Below, in pieces: positions 26,569 to 32,000 of a stretch of DNA of 32,000 bases; positions within the stretch are counted from its first letter, which is position 1, and each line of letters starts with the position of its first letter. Made by a program: the position numbers and the translations under genes. This stretch comes from Aquifex aeolicus VF5 (GTDB lineage Bacteria; Aquificota; Aquificia; Aquificales; Aquificaceae), in NCBI RefSeq assembly GCF_000008625.1, contig NC_000918.1:1230001-1262000 (forward strand), in the 5' to 3' direction. The notes under the pieces were generated by a model. It was not told the DNA's origin. It worked only from the letters and a program-made list of their open reading frames with translations, and ran no database searches.

Positions 26569-27410
26569 ACAACCCTTTCCGCGTGCCTGTTGGCATGGCA
26601 CTGAATGTTTACCGCCACCGGTAGTGAGGCTATGTGACAGGGGTACATCTCAACCTTCACGTCCACGGCAGTAACCGTACCTCCGAAGCCCATGGGTCCC
26701 CAGCCTATCTTGTTTATCTCTTCGAGGAGTTCCTCTTCAACCTTAGCTATAAGCGGGTTTTCGTGTCTCTTTCCGACGGGTCTCAGGAGTGCCTTCTTTG
26801 CGAGGTAAGCACAGTACTCAAAGTTCCCGCCTATTCCTACACCTACCGTAAAGGGAGGGCATGCGTTAGGACCTGCGAATTTTACGGTTTCAAGGATAAA
26901 CTTCTTCACCCCTTCCCAACCGTCTGCAGGCTTTAGCATCGCAAGCCTTGAAGTGTTTTCGGACCCTGCTCCTTTCGGAGCTACCACTATCTTTACCCTG
27001 TCTCCGGGAACAACCTCGTAGTGTATTATCGCGGGCGTGTTGTCCTTAGTGTTCTTCCTTTCAAAAACGGGATCCCAGACCATTGAAGCCCTGAGGTATC
27101 CTTCCTCCGTGGCTTCCCTGACCCCTTGATTTATGGCGTCTTCCAGAGAGCCTCCTACCACGTGAACGTCCTGTCCGAGGAAAACGAAGATTACGTCAAC
27201 CCCTGTGTCCTGACAGTATGGCATTTTCTCCTTTTGGGCTATTTCCGCGTTTTCAAGTATCTGAGTAAGAACCTCCCTTCCTATGGGAGACTCTTCCCTT
27301 TTTAAGGCTTCCTGAAAGGCTACTCTTACCTCCCGAGGAAGGACGCAGTTCGCCTCTATTATAGCTTCCTTGACAGCTTCTTTTATATCATTGACGTGAA
27401 CTTCCCGCAC
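26565..27410 (-). CDS. Class I fumarate hydratase, alpha (N-terminal) subunit
   Basis: MPYCQDTGVDVIFVFLGQDV, IVVAPKGAGSENTSRLAMLKPADGWEGVKKFILETVKFAGPNACPPFTVGVGIGGNFEYCAYLAKKALLRP: Fe-S class I fumarase alpha with Cys ligands. Confidence 0.94.
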   Translation of the reverse strand: MREVHVNDIKEAVKEAIIEANCVLPREVRVAFQEALKREESPIGREVLTQILENAEIAQKEKMPYCQDTGVDVIFVFLGQDVHVVGGSLEDAINQGVREATEEGYLRASMVWDPVFERKNTKDNTPAIIHYEVVPGDRVKIVVAPKGAGSENTSRLAMLKPADGWEGVKKFILETVKFAGPNACPPFTVGVGIGGNFEYCAYLAKKALLRPVGKRHENPLIAKVEEELLEEINKIGWGPMGFGGTVTAVDVKVEMYPCHIASLPVAVNIQCHANRHAERVV

Positions 27411-28395
27411 TTAGTATACCCTCCGCAACTTCAACGGTTTTCTTAACAGACTCGACGGAACGTCTCCACATTTCCCTTTCTTCTTCTATCATAGGCACTT
27501 TTATTATTTCTTCAACCCCGTTAGAACCAAGTTTCACGGGAACTCCCACGCAAAAGCCCTGAACTCCGTAGTACTCACCTGCTTCTCCGTCAAGGTAAAC
27601 ACTGCAGGGGAGTATCCTCTTGCTGTTCTGGACGAGAGCCTCTATCATGTCCACAATTGCCGCCGCAGGAGCGTAATAAGCGGAAGTTCCCATGAGGTTT
27701 ACTATCTCACCGCCACCAAAGCGTGTTCTTTCTATAATCTTTTCAAGCTTTTCCTTTGGAAGTAAATCCTTTAAAGGTATTCCTCCCACGTTAGAAATTG
27801 AAATAAGAGGAACCATCTCATCACCGTGCCCGCCTATCACGTAAGCGTGGATGTCTTTCGGAGAAACCATGAGTTCTTCGGAAATAAAAGTTTTGAACCT
27901 CGCGGAATCAAGCACTCCCGCCATCCCCATTACGCGGTTCTTAGGAAAGTTAAGGAGCTTGTAGGCTACGTAGGTCATGACGTCCACGGGATTCGTAACA
28001 ACAATTACTATTGCGTCTGGTGCGTACCTCTTAATCCTGTCCGCTATAACCGAGATTATCCTTATGTTTGCCTCAAGAAGGTCCTCTCTGCTCATTCCCG
28101 GTCTTCTGGGAAAACCCGCGGTAATTACCACTATGTCGGAACCTTCTAAGGGTTCGTAGCCTTCGCCCTCAGGTGTCACAGTATAGCCCTCTACCCTCGC
28201 ATCTATGTCCATAGCTGCGAGCATCTGCTTCATGTCGAGGGCCTTCCCTTTAACTGGCTCAAAAACTTTCTCTTCCGTTTTTCTGGGAAGGTCGAACATT
28301 TTAACGTTTGCGAGGTTTTTTAAAAGGATGAGGGAGGCGACGTGCTCCCCCACGTTCCCCGCACCGATTACAGCAACGGTTTTTTTCATTCTCAT
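27388..28395 (-). CDS. mdh: Malate dehydrogenase (LDH-like MDH)
   Basis: VAVIGAGNVGEHVASLILLKNLANVKMFDLP, GSDIVVITAGFPRRPGMSREDLLEANIRII, VVTNPVDVMTYVAYK, VMGMAGVLDSARFKTFISEELMVSPKDIHAYVIGGHGDEMVPL. Confidence 0.95.
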   Translation of the reverse strand: MRMKKTVAVIGAGNVGEHVASLILLKNLANVKMFDLPRKTEEKVFEPVKGKALDMKQMLAAMDIDARVEGYTVTPEGEGYEPLEGSDIVVITAGFPRRPGMSREDLLEANIRIISVIADRIKRYAPDAIVIVVTNPVDVMTYVAYKLLNFPKNRVMGMAGVLDSARFKTFISEELMVSPKDIHAYVIGGHGDEMVPLISISNVGGIPLKDLLPKEKLEKIIERTRFGGGEIVNLMGTSAYYAPAAAIVDMIEALVQNSKRILPCSVYLDGEAGEYYGVQGFCVGVPVKLGSNGVEEIIKVPMIEEEREMWRRSVESVKKTVEVAEGILSAGSSRQ

Positions 28396-30371
28396 GCGGA
28401 AACCTCCTTCCTGTGTTTGTTCTTTATGTAGTTGAGTCTTCCGCCGGCTATGAGTATTTCCTTCTGTACGGGTGTGAGGTTATACGTACACAGGATTTCC
28501 TCTCCCGTGGTCTTGTTTATTACGAGTATGTCTTCACCTTTTTTGAGTCTTTCTATGAGGTTAGGTATTTCTATCTCATCTCCTAGACTGAACTTGTCGT
28601 AATCCTCCTTATTCTTGAACTCTAATGGAACTACTCCGAAGTTTACGAGGTTTGCGTGGTGGATTCTCGCGAAGGACTTGGCTATAACTGCCCTTACTCC
28701 CAAGAATCTGGGTGCTAGTGCTGCGTGCTCTCTGGAGGAACCCTGTCCGTAGTTTTCTCCGCCGATAATTATTCCCGCTTTTCCTTTTTCCTTTAATTTC
28801 TTCATTCTCGGGACGAATTCGGGATCAACGTAGTGGTAAACGTACTCGGAAATAGCGTATATGTTGGACCTCAAGGGGAGTATCTTCGCACCTGCGGGCA
28901 TTATGTGGTCCGTGGTTATGTTGTCTTCAACGATGAGGGCGACTTCTCCCTCTATAGTTTCGGGCAGGGGTTCAAATTCGGGGAGAGGTTTTATGTTTGG
29001 ACCTCTGTATATTTCAACTTTTTCCCTTTCCTCCTTGGGAAGAGGCGGTATGAAGGCTTCGTCTCCGTATGGGAACTTTTCGGGCATTTCTACCCTTATC
29101 CACTTTACACCTTCCCTTTCAGCGAGCTTTCTCGGGTCTATTATCTCCCCAGCTATTGCCGCGGCAACACAGGTCTCGGGAGACGCGAGGTAAACTTTTG
29201 CGTCAGGCGTTCCAGCCCTTCCCTTGAAGTTCCTGTTGAAGCTCCTTACGGAAACTCCGTTCGTGGGAGGAGCGAATCCCATTCCTATACAGGGACCGCA
29301 TGCACTCTCCAGAATCCTCGCTCCCGCCTTCAGGAAGTTAAGAAGTGCTCCGTTCTGGGTTATTAATTCTAGCGCCTGCTTAGAACCGGGTGCTACCGCA
29401 AAGACTACGTCCGGGTGAACCCTCCTTCCTTCAAGGAGTTTAGCAGCTCTCGTTAGGTCAACGAAGGAGGAATTCGTACATGAACCTATCACTACTTGAT
29501 CCACTTTTATTCCTTCTATTTCCCTTACGGGAACAACGTTGTCCGGGGAGTGAGGTTGAGCTATTAGAGGCTCTAATTCGGAGAGGTTTATCTCTATAAC
29601 TTCGTCGTACTCGGCGTCAGGATCCGGTAGGAGTTCTACCCAGTCCTCTTCCCTTCCCTGAGCTCTGAGGTAAGCTCTAGTTATTTCGTCTGAGGGGAAT
29701 ATTGAAGTTGTAGCTCCGAGTTCCGCTCCCATGTTCGTTATGGTTGCCCTTTCCGGAACGGAGAGTTCCTTTACCCCCTCTCCGAAGTATTCAAATATCT
29801 TTCCGAGACCGCCTTTTACGGTGAGCCTTCTGAGGAGTTCAAGGATTATGTCCTTTGCGGTTACCCACTCAGGCATTTTGCCTTTGAGGTGTACACCCAC
29901 GATCTTGGGCATCTTCAGGTAGAAGGGTTCTCCCGCCATGGCTGCGGCAACGTCCAATCCGCCCGCACCTATTGCGAGCATTCCCATTCCGCCCGCGGTA
30001 GGTGTGTGGGAGTCCGAACCGAGAAGCGTCTTTCCGGGTTTTGCGAACCTTTCTAAGTGAACTTGGTGACATATGCCGTTTCCGGGCTTTGAGAGCCATA
30101 TACCGAACTTCTTAGCTACGCTCATCAAGTACTTGTGGTCGTCCGCGTTCCTGAAGTCCGTCTGGAGCATGTTGTGGTCTATGTAGGACACGGAGAGTTC
30201 CGTCTTTACCTCGGGAACGCCCATCGCTTCGAACTCGAGGTAACACATAGTTCCCGTAGCGTCCTGAGTCAGAGTCTGGTCAATCTTTATCGCTATCTCC
30301 TCACCGGGCTCCATTTTTCCCGAAACAAGGTGGTTTTTAATGATCTTCCACGCAACCGTCCCTTTAGCCAT
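28392..30371 (-). CDS. acn: Aconitate hydratase
   Basis: LLGSDSHTPTAGGMGMLAIGAGGLDVAAAMAG, VVIGSCTNSSFVDLTRAAKLLEGRRV, ILESACGPCIGMGFAPP, NRNFKGRAG, GGENYGQGSSREHAALAPRFLGVRAVIAKSFARIHHANLVNFGVVPLEF. Confidence 0.97.
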   Translation of the reverse strand: MAKGTVAWKIIKNHLVSGKMEPGEEIAIKIDQTLTQDATGTMCYLEFEAMGVPEVKTELSVSYIDHNMLQTDFRNADDHKYLMSVAKKFGIWLSKPGNGICHQVHLERFAKPGKTLLGSDSHTPTAGGMGMLAIGAGGLDVAAAMAGEPFYLKMPKIVGVHLKGKMPEWVTAKDIILELLRRLTVKGGLGKIFEYFGEGVKELSVPERATITNMGAELGATTSIFPSDEITRAYLRAQGREEDWVELLPDPDAEYDEVIEINLSELEPLIAQPHSPDNVVPVREIEGIKVDQVVIGSCTNSSFVDLTRAAKLLEGRRVHPDVVFAVAPGSKQALELITQNGALLNFLKAGARILESACGPCIGMGFAPPTNGVSVRSFNRNFKGRAGTPDAKVYLASPETCVAAAIAGEIIDPRKLAEREGVKWIRVEMPEKFPYGDEAFIPPLPKEEREKVEIYRGPNIKPLPEFEPLPETIEGEVALIVEDNITTDHIMPAGAKILPLRSNIYAISEYVYHYVDPEFVPRMKKLKEKGKAGIIIGGENYGQGSSREHAALAPRFLGVRAVIAKSFARIHHANLVNFGVVPLEFKNKEDYDKFSLGDEIEIPNLIERLKKGEDILVINKTTGEEILCTYNLTPVQKEILIAGGRLNYIKNKHRKEVSA

Positions 30372-30423
30372 ACTGACCTCCTTTCAAAACAATTTTAAAA
30401 CTTCATTTTAAAATTAGAAACCT

Positions 30424-31197
30424 TCAAAAGCCCAGCAACTCTTTTAACTTCCTGTAAGGATTCTCACTCTTCATAAGGGAAGTGCCTATTAAAAAGCCGT
30501 CCACCTGATAATTCATAAGTTCAAGGATCTCCTCCCTTTTGGATATCCCGCTCTCGGAAATCACGAACTTCGCCCCGAGATCCTTTATCTTGGGTGCAAG
30601 TTCCTTAGTTTTGTTTATATCAACTTTAAACGTTTCGAGATCCCTGTTGTTTATACCTATAATTTTTGCTCCGGCGTCGAGTGCCCTCTTTGCCTCGTCC
30701 AAGGTGAATACCTCAACGAGTGGTGAGAGACCGAGCTCCTCGGAAAAATCGAGTAATTCCTTTAACTCCTTGTCTGAGAGCATTCTCACTATTAAGAGGA
30801 CTATGTCCGCACCGTATGCCTTTGCTTCCAGTATTTGAACTTTGTGAACAGTGAAGTCCTTCCTCAGAAGCGGAAGTTTTACACTTTCCCTTACATTTCT
30901 CAAATCCTCTAAAGAACCTTTGAAGTACTTTTCATCCGTCAGAACGGATATTGCAATCGCCCCAGCTTTTTCGTAGAGTTTTGCCTGTTCTTCCGGGTTA
31001 ACCTCCTTTATATTCCCTTCAGAAGGGGAGGCTTTTTTAACTTCTGCGATAATTTTAGTCCCGCAACTCGTGAGGGCTTTCTCAAAGTCGTAAAACTCCT
31101 TCCTCTCTTCTATTAATTCTTCAAGTTTCCTGAGGTATTCCGGGGAAGTGTCAATTTGACTCTCTTTGTAAGATCTTACCTCTTCTAAAAATCCCAT
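30424..31197 (-). CDS. trpC: Indole-3-glycerol-phosphate synthase
   Basis: IAEVKKASPSEGNIKEVNPEEQAKLYEKAGAIAISVLTDEKYFKGSLEDL, PLLRKDFTVHKVQILEAKAYGADIVLLIVRML, IIGINNRDLETFKVDINKT, VISESGI. Confidence 0.96.
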   Translation of the reverse strand: MGFLEEVRSYKESQIDTSPEYLRKLEELIEERKEFYDFEKALTSCGTKIIAEVKKASPSEGNIKEVNPEEQAKLYEKAGAIAISVLTDEKYFKGSLEDLRNVRESVKLPLLRKDFTVHKVQILEAKAYGADIVLLIVRMLSDKELKELLDFSEELGLSPLVEVFTLDEAKRALDAGAKIIGINNRDLETFKVDINKTKELAPKIKDLGAKFVISESGISKREEILELMNYQVDGFLIGTSLMKSENPYRKLKELLGF

Positions 31198-32000
31198 AAC
31201 TAATTAAGATAGCGAGTTCTTCTCTCAAAATAATAAGAAAGACATAGTAGAACAGGGCGTAAATGGGGATAAAGGATACGAGGATAAACGGATTTTGAGT
31301 CAAAGACTCCGTTAAGTATACTAATCCTCCCATAAAAGATGAGGCGATAAGGTACTTTATCAGGTTTCCGAAGGGAATACTCACCTTTTGAGGGAGTTTT
31401 TGGTAGAGATATACAAGGACTGAGGAGGAAGAAATCAAAGCGGCGAGGGGAAAGGAGTAAACGCCGAAATTAAGCAGAAAGATAAATACTGAACCGAATA
31501 AAGCCTCCAGAAAGACGCTCAGGAAGGCACTTTTTGTGGGTATTTCCACGTTCTTTTTTGAGTAGTAGACGGTCTTTAGTATGTGCTGGAGTGAGTAAAA
31601 GGGAACGCTAAAGGCGTAAAGACTGAGAAGTCCCGATGTGTAGAAAAGGTCTTCCTCCGAAAAATTTCCCCTTTTGTAAAGTACGCTCACGATTTCCCGC
31701 GAAAGAAAGAAAAGTCCGAAGGAAGATGGAATACTCAACATTAAGGTGAGCTTTAAGGCTGTATCCGTGTCCTTTTCCTTATCTTTTTTTGTGGACACGA
31801 GGGCAAGGAGCGTATTGCTCAAACTTATTGAAAAAAGGCTTATAGGGAGAAGGTAAATCCTAGCAGCGTAGTAAACGTAGGAGATGCTACCTACTTTCAG
31901 GAAAGATGCGAGAAAGGTATCTACAAATAGGGAAAGCTGGTTCGCGGAAAATCCTCCTAGCGTAAATAAAAACTTCTTTAAAAAGGTTTTAATCTCTCTA
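31151..32000 (-). CDS. murJ: Lipid II flippase MurJ/MviN, 5' end off the window
   Basis: Reverse frame is open through the edge: ...ARIYLLPISLFSISLSNTLLALVSTKKDKEKDTDTALKLTLMLSIPSSFGLFFLSREIVSVLYKRGNFSEEDL...; MurJ signature ALxPxxS/RGxF-type segment and multiple TM helices. The listed start at 31822 is an internal codon. Confidence 0.88.
   Translation of the reverse strand, partial: REIKTFLKKFLFTLGGFSANQLSLFVDTFLASFLKVGSISYVYYAARIYLLPISLFSISLSNTLLALVSTKKDKEKDTDTALKLTLMLSIPSSFGLFFLSREIVSVLYKRGNFSEEDLFYTSGLLSLYAFSVPFYSLQHILKTVYYSKKNVEIPTKSAFLSVFLEALFGSVFIFLLNFGVYSFPLAALISSSSVLVYLYQKLPQKVSIPFGNLIKYLIASSFMGGLVYLTESLTQNPFILVSFIPIYALFYYVFLIILREELAILISYGIFRRGKILQRESN

Noticed and set aside
28833-29366. 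177-aa + strand ORF and the other + strand ORFs at 26634, 27826, 27977, 28205, 28861, 29224, 29731, 29869 and 30135
   Set aside because: All are antisense to strongly supported aconitase, mdh and fumarase coding frames and have shadow-ORF composition with no motif.
31822-31822. MurJ start codon as given in the ORF track
   Set aside because: The reverse frame stays open and hydrophobic through position 32000 (…ARIYLLPISLFSISLSNTL), so the gene runs off the window.
1-32000. Search for transposases, integrases, prophage genes, toxin-antitoxin pairs and biosynthetic clusters
   Set aside because: None seen. Apart from the mini-CRISPR, the encapsulin (a domesticated HK97-like fold) and a few unknown ORFs, the window is ordinary core genome.

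Overview
Dense (~95% coding) chromosomal window from a hyperthermophilic Aquifex-type bacterium. The lineage is inferred from a free-standing leucyl-tRNA synthetase beta subunit, the LpxC sequence and the GTTCCTAATGTACCGTGTGG CRISPR repeat; no database was searched. Genes run in tight, often overlapping arrays: murE/tRNA-Ser, tyrS, DUF507, M23 peptidase, bpsA-like branched-polyamine synthase, tyrA, exbB, rluD, encapsulin-like shell protein, priA, FMN split-barrel protein, ino1, tRNA-Lys, tRNA-Arg, tkt, tRNA-His/rpsT, RNase HIII, glcD-like oxidase, split leuS beta, a mini-CRISPR (two full repeats plus one truncated), hemD, lpxC, RecA/RadB-like ATPase, rpmA, glnE in two frames, an uncharacterised GATase-like ORF, infC, a DUF4149-like membrane protein, fumarase alpha, mdh, aconitase, trpC and murJ/mviN. 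Main second-look items: (1) an encapsulin shell gene with no recognisable cargo beside it; (2) a PriA that has lost its helicase motifs but kept its zinc region; (3) glnE interrupted at a CTT-TAA-A site resembling the prfB +1 frameshift site; (4) an ino1 leader with a 9-bp hairpin and a 5-codon mini-ORF overlapping the start codon; (5) an isolated mini-CRISPR abutting hemD; (6) three small ORFs missing from the supplied track; (7) tRNA genes placed 10-24 nt upstream of murE and rpsT.
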